Shown: piece after piece, positions 50,301 through 62,265 of the stretch
How the letters are laid out: every line of letters starts with the position of its first letter
How positions within the stretch are numbered: the first letter of the stretch is position 1
Origin: Saccostrea echinata
Lineage: Eukaryota
Assembly (NCBI RefSeq): GCF_033153115.1
Contig: NW_026889809.1
Coordinates: forward strand, 4,898,001-4,962,000
Direction: 5' to 3'
Length of the DNA stretch: 64,000 nucleotides
The notes under the pieces: generated by a model
The model's database searches: none
What the model was told of the DNA's origin: nothing
Seen by the model: the letters and a program-made list of their open reading frames with translations, nothing else
Program-made: the position numbers and the translations under genes

Positions 50301-53300
50301 TTTGAGAACCTAGACAAAATACAGATGATGACATTTTTCTTCAGTTGTTCATAAATTGCCTCTCTCTTCTCCTCTATCAGAAACTAAACAAAGCACTTGA
50401 CTTTCCTTTCAAAAAAATACTCTTTAAAATATTTTTTAAGTTAGATAAACTAAAATTATTGATACTTAAAGCTCCTTTTTTGATCAAATATTTTTTTTAC
50501 TTACAATTTTCTTGGTCTCTGTCTCTGAAACTCCAATTGGAGCAATTCCATAGACAGCCACAGATACAATGAATATCAAGGTCTGTACAAATGTCACCCA
50601 GTAAGTGAAATAAGGTCTGTAATTAATAGATCACACATCATAAATATCATGCAAAATCTACAATAACACAAGGTCTGTACAAATATCATCCAGTAGGTGA
50701 AATAGAGCTTGTATTTAAAAGATCACACATCAAAAATATTACACAAAATCTATAATAACATGAGATCTATACAAATATCATCCAGTAGGTGAAATATGGC
50801 TTGTTATGAAAAGAACACACATCACAATTATCACATAAAATCTACAATAATGTAAGGTCTGTAAAAATATCATACAGTAGGTGAAATGGCTTGTAATCCA
50901 AAGATGAAGGAGGAAAAATCTTTACCAATGTATCACAAATATCAGACAAATTCTACAATAATTAAAGTTGTCCAAAATAAGACATTTTTTTCATTTTACC
51001 AGTAAATTACTGGTGAGTGTTATTACCTGTGGTCATCTATACTGTCAATCTGAGTCTTAACGTATGAGTTCATTCTTTCACTTCTGTAACTCCTGTTGAA
51101 GAGTCGGCCCACAAATCCCATTCCCACCTCCCTCTTGTCATTGGCTGTGATAGAGTTCACGACCTCTGGCTCCATTCGACTCAGTCCAAACTCCCCATCC
51201 TCGTATCCTGAGGGCTTTGCCTTGGGACCAGTTCTTCTCTTGCCCCATCCACCACGAGGTCTGGCAAAATACAGGCCCAGTATCATAATGATGTAGATTT
51301 TTAGTGGAATAAATTTGCAGAAAAGGAAAAATTATTCATGTTATTTTCTTCTATACTTTCTGCATATATTCATAATTGTTTTGCAATCATTGCTGATCAC
51401 ACAAATTTCCTGCGACTTACAGTTCATATTCTCCCTCTTCACCGATGCTAGACATTTTCTGGAATGGTTTCTCTGGTGGAGCAATAGGTTCATCATAGAA
51501 AACATCATCCACCAAACTGAATGCATCCTCATGTTGTTGCTATCCAAAAAAAAATTCTTAAAATAATCAGTCTGTCTTCAAAATAAATGCTAGTAAGTGT
51601 TTCTTTATGTTATTTTCTAAGAATTGTTGATGAGAAAATCTAATTATGTCTTCTTATTTTATCCATATTTCTAAAATAGCTCTGTTCAAACCTTGTAGAT
51701 AAACTTACCAGCCCTGACATTTTTTTCAAATTTACCACAGGAATGACCAAATTTGACAGTATGAAAAGTCCACAATCTCTGGGTTGCAAGCTGATAAGCT
51801 CTTTTTTTTAATGGTTAATGCTTACATGATAGTTAATGCTAGCTGACAGATCGTCTGGGAATTCCCCTGTGTAACTTCCTGGTCCAAAACTTCTCTGTTG
51901 TGGCTTCTTCCTGAGCTTGTTCCTCATTCCCTGAAACCAGAAAGATAAAAGTGTTTTCATATATGCCTCACACACTGTACAATACAAAGTCTAGCTTATT
52001 CCTCATCCCTGGTCAAAAAAATCCGAAAAGACAAAAGTGTTTTCATATCCCTCACTCACTGTTGAATATAAAGGCCACTGATATCTGATTGTGGTCTGTT
52101 CAATTATCAATGTGTTCATAATTATATGACTAAAACTTAATAAACTTTTGAATTTTTTTATCAATGCCAAATAAATGAACAGTTTTCAAAATAAAGATAA
52201 CCTTTAAGACAATCTTCATACTTACAGTGACCGTCATTATGCCTTTAACAGTCATCTTAGCTACCGATTCCTTCCTGAGTCTCTTTGATGGTCTGTTAAC
52301 TCGGGCATAAGTACTGGTACTAGACAGAGGAGTTGTCCTTCTTGATCCTGGCATTCTGTAAGGATCATGGATGTATTTGATAGTGGAGGCATCCAGATCA
52401 TCTTTCAGCCCAAGGTCTCTCTTTTCCAGCTCCTCTGGTTTGACCTGTTTCTTGTAGTAATGAAGTCTCCTGTTCCTCCACCTTTCCTGATGGAGTTTAG
52501 ACTTTTCCTCATCATCTTCAATTCCAAAGAAACTTGCTACACTGCTGCGAATCTTTCTGCAAAGCAAAAGGAAAAATCTAATTGCATATCTAGAAAAGAT
52601 ATAAGATTCAGTACATGTATAATATTCTGCTTTGCCTTCAGTTTTTTTTCCCTATCTCTTTTGGTTCCTTTGATAAACAAATTTCCACACTTTATCTCCT
52701 TGATGGAGATTAAATTGACATGTAAATTCTTTTGATATATATGGACTATTGGTAAATAATCCTCAGGCATTTCAGAGTTTTAATTAATGAAGATATGAAG
52801 AAGTGAGTAACTGTCATTAATAATTTCCTTATCAGGTGTTAATTAAGATAATTAATTTTACTCAACAGTACTCATGAAAGGGATTATTACATGCCAGTTA
52901 CCAAAATGAAATTGTGTGCACAGTCCGAATTTTCTCTTCACCCAGGCATTGCTTTCAGAGCTTGCAGTGACGAGTGGCGCTTCGCGCCACTCACTGCGCT
53001 TGCTATAAACACCATTCTTGGCATTTATCTATATCTTAAATCTTAATTATGTAAAAGTGTATTCAACTATTGGAATGTTAAGTGCTTAAGTCCAATGTAT
53101 TACATTCATCCAAACGAATTTTTTTCCACAGTAACCTCTGGTCCCACAATGCAACGCTTATTGCATCTCGCCGCAAACTACATTCTTGTGGCAACAAAAA
53201 ACTTCAACAAGAAATAAACTCACCTTGATTTAAAGAATGTTGCAGATAAATAGCAGATTAAAAGTTTTTTTTATTTAAAATTAGCATTGTTCAGGCTTCG

Positions 53301-53571
53301 ATTTGGTAATGCAACTTACATACGATGTCATGTGACGTCAGAGTCTAGACATACCAAATGTCACGTGCAGATTGAAGTGACAGATCTAAATTAAAACTGA
53401 ATAGGTATCTGCGCTTGCCCAAAAGGTTGCACCGTCAACATATTACTGTTGAAATTGTTATAAATTACAGATGTACCTGGCTACACCTTTCTTCTCCTTG
53501 GATTCCCCACTCCCAGGGGTACTGGCTGTGGTCATCTTGGATGCCTGTCTGTCTATTGCCCTGTGACTCAT
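47367..53571 (-). CDS. RHBDF1: Inactive rhomboid protein (iRhom), about 757 aa; exons 53477-53571, 52226-52556, 51826-51930, 51421-51539, 51027-51260, 50505-50616, 50235-50309, 49970-50131, 49600-49691, 49128-49194, 48847-49029, 48569-48669, 47997-48150, 47367-47810
   Basis: [28 protein letters not shown], Cys-rich iRhom homology domain ([32 protein letters not shown]), [23 protein letters not shown] (GPx in place of GxS), [10 protein letters not shown]. Exon phases are consistent, 2274 nt. Co-orthologous to vertebrate RHBDF1/RHBDF2. Confidence 0.95.
48312..48456. repeat. Intronic minisatellite, ~31-40-bp unit, 4-5 copies
   Basis: AATACTGTGATTGGCCATTATAAATGTTATA repeated. Confidence 0.85.
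49353..49582. repeat. Intronic ~32-bp minisatellite, about 7 copies
   Basis: TGTACATATAATGTACACATGATTTATATCTA repeated. Confidence 0.9.
50578..50960 (-). repeat. 92-bp tandem repeat (4 units) spanning the acceptor of the iRhom TM1 exon
   Basis: Units start at 50578, 50670, 50762 and 50854; each holds about 39 nt of exon ([12 protein letters not shown]-like) plus upstream intron. Confidence 0.88.
52921..53443. mobile_element. Partial, rearranged copy of the 38436-39366 foldback family in an iRhom intron
   Basis: 52921-53004 matches the right terminus; 53095-53443 matches the interior of the left arm. Confidence 0.75.
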
Positions 53572-53949
53572 TGTTGTCTGTGTTGTAGCAATTTATAAGG
53601 AAATATGTTATAAGTTAGAATATTCATACACAACATGACAGTCACTTTAATGGCAGCTTACTGAAAGTCGACCATTAAAATTTTCACTATTCCTATTGAC
53701 ATACAGAATTTTTAAGTGACTGTCCCTTTTTTAAACTATTCATCGTATGAATCTAGAGGAGTAAATGTAAAATATGAAAAGTAAATATTAGTTAGCGATG
53801 TACATGAATCTGAAGCGTGCGTAACGATGCATCACCTGCTTTGACCTCACAGATGTTCTGTTAACACACACATAGCTGTTACTTCTCTTTTGCGTTATTT
53901 TATTCTTTGCTTGCAATATCAAAATTGAATCACTTTAAGCTTATTTACC

Positions 53950-54010
53950 TTTATAAACTCTCCCTGTTCTGTTTATTTTCCGAGTCAATGGCGACAAACC
54001 GGAAAGAGCA
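53950..54010 (-). promoter_or_regulatory. Probable iRhom non-coding first exon / core promoter
   Basis: Donor AAG|GTAAAT at 53949 on -, acceptor CAG at 53578-53580 just before the ATG, and ATGGCG (YY1-like) and CCGGAA (ETS-like) motifs at 53987-54004. Confidence 0.4.
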
Positions 54011-54243
54011 CCTGCTGTATTTTCAGAACACCAAACCCGACATTAAAAAGAATTTGTCAAAAGAAGTTGCGAAGAATCACCAGAATAGAGGCTAACAAAG
54101 CAATGTTTTAATTATTTTAAGACTCGTGTTTCTTTGATAAGTTTGTCCTCACGTTATTATCATTTTAGTTTTATTAGAGAAAAAGGTGTCTGTTGATTTT
54201 GTAATTGACATGGGAGCTAAACAAGGAATTCAAATAAGGCATC

Positions 54244-54899
54244 GGGTGCGTCGATTTACCCAAATGGAACCCAAATGGACAAAATGGAACCCAAATGGAA
54301 ACACAAATGGACCCAAATGGAAATCAAATGGACCCAAATGGAATATTGAATATATATTATCGTATTCTCAAGTTGTTACTTATTCAAAATGATGAAAATA
54401 ATAAACTTGCAAATGGAAAATATTAATTATTCATTTCTAATATTGTATTTTAAAATAGGAATTATTTTTTTTTTCTATTTGAAATAACTTTTGCATATCA
54501 TTGAATACAAAATGGAAGTATTTCATATTAAAGTTTATAGATTTCATGGCCGTAGCAACCGGGGGGGGGGGGGGAGGGGCACGAGAGAGGCGCACTCCCC
54601 CCCCCCCCCCCCCAATAACCAAAAATTTTGCCGATGAATAGAATACTATAGAAAATTAATTCGTATTTTAAAATACAATATTAGAAATGAATAATTAATA
54701 TTCTCCATTTGTAAGTTCATTATTTTTCATCAGTTTAAATAAGTAACAACTTGATAACATAATGATATATATTTAATATTCCATTTGGTTTCCATTTGGG
54801 TTCGTTTGATTTCCATTTGGGTCCATTTGTGTTTCCATTTGTGTCCATTTGGGTCAATTTGGGTTCCATTTGGGTCCATTTGGGTAAATCGACGTGCCG
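54244..54899. mobile_element. Mutator-like foldback element with a 9-bp TSD
   Basis: TSD TAAGGCATC at 54235-54243 and 54900-54908; inverted arms of over 200 bp containing tandem CCCAAATGGA subrepeats. Confidence 0.85.
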
Positions 54900-56397
54900 T
54901 AAGGCATCCACTGATGACATGATATTAATATGATGAAAAGGTGTATATCAGAACACGTTGGAAGTACATGCACATGCAGATTTATAAATTATTAAAAAAA
55001 AATCAAATTATATATTAGATACATGTACTCTTGCAAAATTATTGTCAGTTGAATTATCTGATTATACTCATTGTCAAGCAATCAATCAACAATGGGAAAA
55101 ATGGTTTCCATAATCATACATTTCCAAAATAATGACCAGCAATATGCTACAAAAAAAAAAGAAAATAAATTTTTAGATGCTAAATTAAGTTTCCACTTCC
55201 CATAAATGAAAAACCTTCACTAGCTGTTAAACCAGCCAATAAATGTGGCAAAAATTTAACACCGACTTTTTTTTCATCAGCTGATGAATACAATTTGAAA
55301 AAAAAAACATTCAGCAAGTAAAGTAACATCAGAACTCAGATGTTTAATGTCTGAGGAATTTTTTCAGGTTCAAATACTTATTAGCTATGGATGATCAGCT
55401 GCATTGAAACACTGCATCAAGTGTGTGTCTTGTGTTTTACTGTGTAACCTGCAAAAATATATATTACGATGACTTGAGTTACTAAAAATAACTTAGGGAA
55501 AATCCAAAAATGTGTTTATAATAGCAGGTCTTTAAAACTCACAAAATCTAAAAATGAATTCGTTTCTCTCTTTTTTTTTTTCATTCCAAAGAAAATAATA
55601 TAACAAATGTAGCCCTTTTGATTAAGTCAATCCATATATACATGTACATCTTCACAGAAAAGCATATCGACTTACCAGTCAATATTTTTTTCTGTGAAGT
55701 TAAGATGTGTATATCTATGGATTGTAGACTTCATAGAAAAGCATATCAACTTTACACTTCATGTTCAGTTGATGTGCTTTTCTGTGAAGTTGATATATCT
55801 ATGGAATGACTTCATAAAAGGGCTATACATGTATTTGTATAATAACTGCTTCATGAATACTAGTATTTGATTTTTAACCGAGATTTGCAGTTTTAAATAT
55901 ACCACCCAAAACCAATAAAATCTCAAAATTCATTGCTACAGTAAAACTGTCCCCAGAATTACTTGCTATAGAAACATGTCACAAACAGGAAGTTTACAAT
56001 CCCCAAATGAAGAACAAAAATTAAATATATCATATACTTCTTTACTTCTTAAAAATAGCAAGGTAACAATTAAAAAAAGATAAACATACTTTTGTAAAGA
56101 TTTCTTCACAATGACCAGATTATTTTTTGTGACAGAAATGTTGGTAATGGTCCTATCTAACGATATTAAAGAAGAGTTACATGTGTCCTGCATGAAGATC
56201 ATTTATAAAGATCTATTTCTCTGAATGACAAACATTACAACTAAAACAGTAACCATACACTCTAACTTTTTGTTTCATATAATAAATAAAATAATAAAGT
56301 TCATTTATTTGCATCAACTCTTACGATTCTGTGTGATTTTTTTAAACATTCAAATTGTTAATCTGAATAATTTATAAAACAAAACAAAAAAAAGCAT

Positions 56398-59300
56398 CTA
56401 CTGTTTAATGACATTCAATTTTGTTTTGAAGCCATTGGAAGCATTAATAGGAATGCCATTGAAACCTGAGGAATTCTTTCTATTTCTGGGCCGATTATTC
56501 CTAACATCACTTTTAGTTGAACCTTTTATGGAATTTTTCATCCTCTGCCAATTTGAATTACAATTCTCAGGTCCCTCTTTCCCTTTCAATCTCTTTTTAT
56601 CATCATTCTTTTTTTGCTTTTCTGTGTTAATCCTATCATAAATTCTTTTTAATTTTTTACTTTTCTTGTCTTTGGATTTTTTAGGATTAAATGTTTGAGT
56701 CTCGATATTTTCCTTCACACTCCTCTTGTCATCCATTAGTTTTAAGCATTCTCCTCCCTCTGACCCACGTGTTTGTTTCTTCAGTTTAACAGACTTTTTC
56801 TTTTTTCCTTTATGCTCTAATCTCTCCGTTTCCAACCTTTCATAAATTCTTTTTAGCTTTTTACTTTTCTTCTTCTTTCCTTCTTCAAAAGAATCGTCTT
56901 CTTTTAAAACTGCAAAACACATTTTCTACATTATGTAAAACACATATATACATGTACAAGTACTTGATATAGATAGAAAAGGATTTAGGCTTACACTGAT
57001 GGCTTGAAGTCTTTAAGGTAGAACCTATGTTGGAAAAGTCTTTGTCACAGGATTTTTAAACTTTTCAAAATGAGTAATTAGCACTAGGTTATTAATCAAT
57101 TAAGAATACATCGCACATTTCCTTTTAATTAAATGTAGTGTGCTGTTGCAATTTAGAATGGTAATTTTACACTGTAACAATAACTTTCAGCCATTTTTAG
57201 GGGTACATGGTCATAAGGAGAATATAGAAAATCACATAAATACTTCTTCAAACACCTTTGTTTATAGACTTTATTAACTGAACAATAGTTAGAAATATTT
57301 TTTTCAAAATTAAATTCATTTTTCTTCAATTGGCATAAAAGATTAAATCCACATTTCAACAAATATAGACAAATGCGCTCAATATTTTTCAAAGGACATT
57401 TTAGTCAATGTACAACCTTAAGTTTATAATAATTTACCAAAAGTCTTTGTTACACTGTTTTCAATCTTTAATATACTGAAGAGCATACCCAAATGATTAC
57501 GAAAAGTGTTTAAAATATATACCTTTCCCCACAAACTAATGAGAGATATGTTAATTTCATCAATACTACTCATGTTGACCTTTTTGCACTTACACAGGAT
57601 TTAATGTTTTGGTGTTACGATTTACATTGTGAATATTTTATCAAAAAATATATATTTTATTTAAGAAATTATTTTACTGAAATAATATTTTATTCACGAA
57701 CCATTAAAAATTTATGTATATAATTGACAATTATGAAAATGGAAACACATTATTTCATAATAGATATTACAAACATTGAACACAATCTTTAATAGATCTA
57801 TGACTCAGATGTCATATCATCAAGATATTTTACTAAAATAGTCAAATGAAGATTTCTTAGCGACTTTGCATTCCTTCAAACTAGTTGCATGTCATTCACA
57901 TACACAGTTGTGTATTTTCATTAGCTGAGAAGTCTTGCATTTGTTCACTTAACAATGATGTCGTACGGGTTCTACATTAAAAACTATACCTGATTTTTCC
58001 ATTTTGGTTCTCTTTGCCTTTTTCTCAGATGACTCCTCATTACCTGTAAAAAGAACAAATATAATCACAAGTAGAGTCTAAAATATATTTATGGGCTTTC
58101 CTCTGTCAGGATGCATTGTTTTACAAATGAACTTAGCTTTTTAAAAAAAATGAACAAAACTGTATTGCGAGTCCTACAATACTTGTATGTGCTGTATGAT
58201 TACATTTTTCAGTAGTAATTTATGTGTTAAGGAGGGATTCCATTAACCTTTATTAGCTTTTCTCTTTGTGGATTTTCTTTTAGTTGAGAAGTCATATCTT
58301 TGTACAAAGGGATAGCTGCACACTGAGTACCTATCCATCCTCTGTTCCTCACAATCCTACAACAAAATCTTTTTGTATTAACATAGTTTTCTCTTTCCAA
58401 GGAACACTTAGTCTTATGTTAACTAGATTCATGCAGTTGATATACATATTATAATTTCTCAAAATAACTGCTCAAAATAGAATTCATGTTTTTTTTGTCC
58501 ATCATTACTTTAATCAAAATCTTACATATCCAAAATGGCCTTCTTCAGCACAATTGTAGCAGTATTTCCTGGGATTTTTCTTATTTCGACCTTTCTGTGG
58601 ACTGTCAATATTTGTCTGCAATAAATATGCAAATGTTTAAACTTGAAAATTTGAATATAGAAAATGACCTTGCCTTTGTGATAAAAAATCATGAAAAAAT
58701 TGTCTTTATTCAATAGCTGTTGAAGAAAGTAATTACAGAGGAGGGCTGGTTTTCATTAGTATAAAAAGATATGCATCAGCTACAATGTATTGATGTCCAA
58801 GAAAATTTACCAGTCAGTAAAAGAAAACAAAGGACTTACATTGTGAAGATGTCTGAATTTAAAGTACTTAAAAATTATACCACTATAAAAGTTACCAATG
58901 ATTTCACAAAATAATGAATTTCATCAATAAAATAAATCATTTTTCAGATCTACTTACAGTTAAATGATACTGTCGCCATTGATCTGGACAGGTCTGAAAA
59001 AGGCAAATAAAAAAATGTAAGTATTCTCTAAAAAAAAACAAAAATAATAAATATGAAAAAAAATTCTAGAAAACAGAAAGCAATTAAGGGCATTGCTATC
59101 TTTCTTACATTATTTTTTTTTTCATGTTTTAATGTTAAAATACAAAAATCTAGTTTACATATTTTAATTCTCAGTGGTGTCCATGTATACACTCTTACCC
59201 TCTGGCTGTGGCCATTTCTGCCACACCGGAAGCATGGATTCCCCTTTGGGACGGTTCGTTCCTGGCAGTCTCTGGCCAGGTGACCTGGGCAGTAACATCT

Positions 59301-61323
59301 ATAGCATGCCCTTTGTTCACAGTGTTTGTGGAAATGTCCAATAAAACCACACAGTATACAGATCTCCAACTTCTGCAAGAGATAGAACTTCATTCAAATC
59401 ATCACATAAATCAGAGAAGCCATATCTCTGACTCATCTGTCAAAGAAAATTGTAGACGTTGTGTCAATAGTCAATATACCACAATTCTTGCTGTTACTAT
59501 TTTCCAGCTTGATACTAATGAGTTACCTAGTATAGCAACCATGTTTCAATGAATGTGTACATTTATGTGTTACTATTATACCTCTATTAAGAATACTCAA
59601 ATTTGATTGGCTAGTTAGAAGGCTTTTAACCTCAATAATGACTACAAAAAGTACCATTTACAGCAATAATGACCTAGAAATCATTGCACGTGGGGTATAA
59701 TGACCCGGTAATGACCGCTAAAAATGACCTGTTAATCTAAATTCCATTCAAATTTAAAATTTAATGCATACAGTAATGACTGTTCGTTACAAAAAATGCC
59801 GTTATAAAAATATGTATAGTCTTTTTATGATATGGTATACGATTGTCCTTTAGATGCGTCATAAAATTTATTGTTTTCATTGAAACTTTCGTTACAATGT
59901 CAAATTCAACGAATAAAAACTTGGCTCTTTTGTACAGTAAAAGTCTGCACCAGATTGTCATTGTACTCGGAAATGGTATTTGTGAATTTATAAAAATGCA
60001 GGTCACTGATAAAAAATTGGCGGTGCAAAAACTTACAAGACTTGCAGGCGAAAAGTAAACAACTTAACAAGCGAATCCCGATCCTGATGAAACACTGATA
60101 ATAACAGTTTGTAGGTCTAATACACAATTGGTTATTTTAGTAATTAAGCCTACAAAAATTTTCTTAACTTATATCGGTATAATAAAACAACTGATTACCC
60201 CTTATGAGTTCAACATGGTTAAATAAGGACCCTCGACCTGGCCCACTCACTGACCTGACCTGACCTCGGCCGCTACGCGGGCCAGGTCTCGGGTCCTTAT
60301 TTCACCATGTTGACCTCATAAGGGGTAATTAATTGTATATTATATCTGTTACTATGGAAATACATGTAACACAATCAGATAACTTAATAAAAACCTCCTT
60401 ACACTTGGTTTAAGACATGAATTTGCCATATGTCCATGCTCTTTACAATTGTGGCACTTGTCAAACTTATTTCCATAGTAACGGCTCTTTGCATGTTGTG
60501 GCACAGTACCATATTTATCAGCATCAATTATGAACCAACTTTTCCGATGGTGCTCTGAAAAGTATATTATAAAAAAAAAACCAAGCTACACTCTATTAGC
60601 AATTTTTCTACTTCTTACATAATTTTTTTGTTTAAGAATATATAAGAACTCTATACCAAAGTCATATGCAGAGGAAAGTTTGGGTTGGTGCTCTTCATCA
60701 ACATTAACATGGAGTCCTTCCATGTCTGAGAGCTCCTCATCTAACAGCATATCATCACTGTACAAGGAATCATTACACATATCATCATCATAATCTTCTT
60801 CACTGTCTGACAGCAGTATAACATTGGTCTTCCTGTCTAAGTCAATCTCTTGCTCGCTGTCCGAGTCAATCTCAATCACAGATTCCTTACCACTAGAGAG
60901 TTTACTCCGTTTGTCTTTATACAATACCTCTGTCACTTTAGAATTTTCTTCTTTGTTACAATCATCTGAATCTGTTTCAATAACCACTGAAGTCTCTGTT
61001 GAATTCACACTCATAAAACTCTCCATTCCTATAGCGCTATCTTGCGATTTACACAAAAAATAAGATTCTTTGTCCTTAATATGTGATAATGATACCATGG
61101 ATAAACTTTCACTTGGTTTATAAGTACAAGTACTGTTTGTGCTTTTGACATCAATATCATAATGTGCACTGATGTGTGCTGAGCTGTTGGAATCCCCAGT
61201 TTGACTGTTTTTACTGACATTATAGTTTTCAACATAAGAATTGTAATGAATTTGGGAATACAATGCATTTTCGATCTCTTCCAAATCAGATGATTCACTC
61301 TCCTCCTCTTCAGACTCCATCAT
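56398..61323 (-). CDS. ZCCHC7: Zinc-knuckle protein ZCCHC7 (AIR1/2-like TRAMP subunit); exons 60657-61323, 60403-60554, 59199-59372, 58958-58993, 58526-58615, 58248-58356, 57990-58043, 56398-56909
   Basis: Acidic N-terminus (IENALYSQIHY), W.IIDAD..RYY, five CCHC knuckles (CHNCKEHGHMANSC, CILCGFIGHFHKHC, CYRCYCPGHLARDC, CFRCGRNGHSQRTC, CYNCAEEGHFGYDC), CPDQWRQYHLT linker motif, Lys-rich C-terminus; splice phases consistent. Confidence 0.9.
59575..60343. mobile_element. Non-autonomous element with a terminal hairpin in a ZCCHC7 intron
   Basis: ATTACCCCTTATGAG.TCAACATGGT.AAATAAGGACCC (60194-60232) mirrored at 60291-60329 around a GC-rich loop; AATGACC subrepeats near the left end. Confidence 0.55.
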
Positions 61324-61387
61324 TTCTATTGTTTGCTTATTCTCTATTAATAAAGGAAAAACTGTGCCCAATAAAATTACACCAGAT

Positions 61388-62265
61388 CAGGTCGAGTACA
61401 ATCAGTACATTTAGCTACGTAGCTAAAATTACCTACCGTAGCTTTATTTATCTACCTCAGGTAGCTTTATTTAGCTATTTCAAGGCAATTTTTCACAATT
61501 TTGCTTTTTACTTTAATAAGACAAAAAATCGCAAGTAAATGTCTACTAATATTTATTCTAGGTATTATTTAAAAAGCAATTTAAAGCAGAGATAGTTTTA
61601 ACATTGCTGCGTTTGAACACTTTTAAGGAAAAGATGTATTTCCATTGTTTAAGCAACTGTACACCACCTTGTGTGCGATGAGGCATGGATACTGTATGTG
61701 TACTTAAAAAAGCGGGCTTCATATTTTAGTGGCTTTGGCGTGGACAACGATGTGCTAATTCACGAATACTGTTAAAAATCATTGATGAATACAATATATG
61801 ACGAGGACGTGTGTAGCGCTAATTCATGATTACGCCAATCACTCAATACCCAGTGGTTGCACTAAATTTTGAATACGCCAATTTATGTACACATACAGTA
61901 AGTATGATTACTTCACATTGTGCTCATGTTAACCAAAACTGTTTTCTTTGTTATATCACTCAAGAAGTAACTGTTAGGTCACAAATTAACTGTTGTATAT
62001 AGCCCCAAAACTTCAGAACTTAGATTGCAATTGCGCAGAAAAAGACACATCTCCAAAAGTGATTTTTTCATGAATTGTTTTCAGATGAGTTCAAAGTTGA
62101 AAAATATCACTGCATCAAAGTGCAATTTTCTGCACTTTCTCGGAAAAATGCTAATTTAAGAAATAAGCTTGATTTATTAGCTAAATAAAGCTAATTCAGG
62201 TAGGTAAATAAAGCTATGTAGGTAATTCAAGCTACGTAGCTAAATCTAGTGATTGTACCAGACCT
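61388..62265. mobile_element. MITE with ~90-bp TIRs (possibly hAT-like) immediately 5' of the first ZCCHC7 coding exon
   Basis: CAGGTCGAGTACAATCAGTACATTTAGCTACGTAGCT... / ...AGCTACGTAGCTAAATCTAGTGATTGTACCAGACCT; flanking direct repeat CCAGAT. Confidence 0.75.

Noticed and set aside
56398-56922. Lys-rich ORF as an independent gene
   Set aside because: It has an in-phase acceptor at 56910 and is best explained as the last ZCCHC7 exon.
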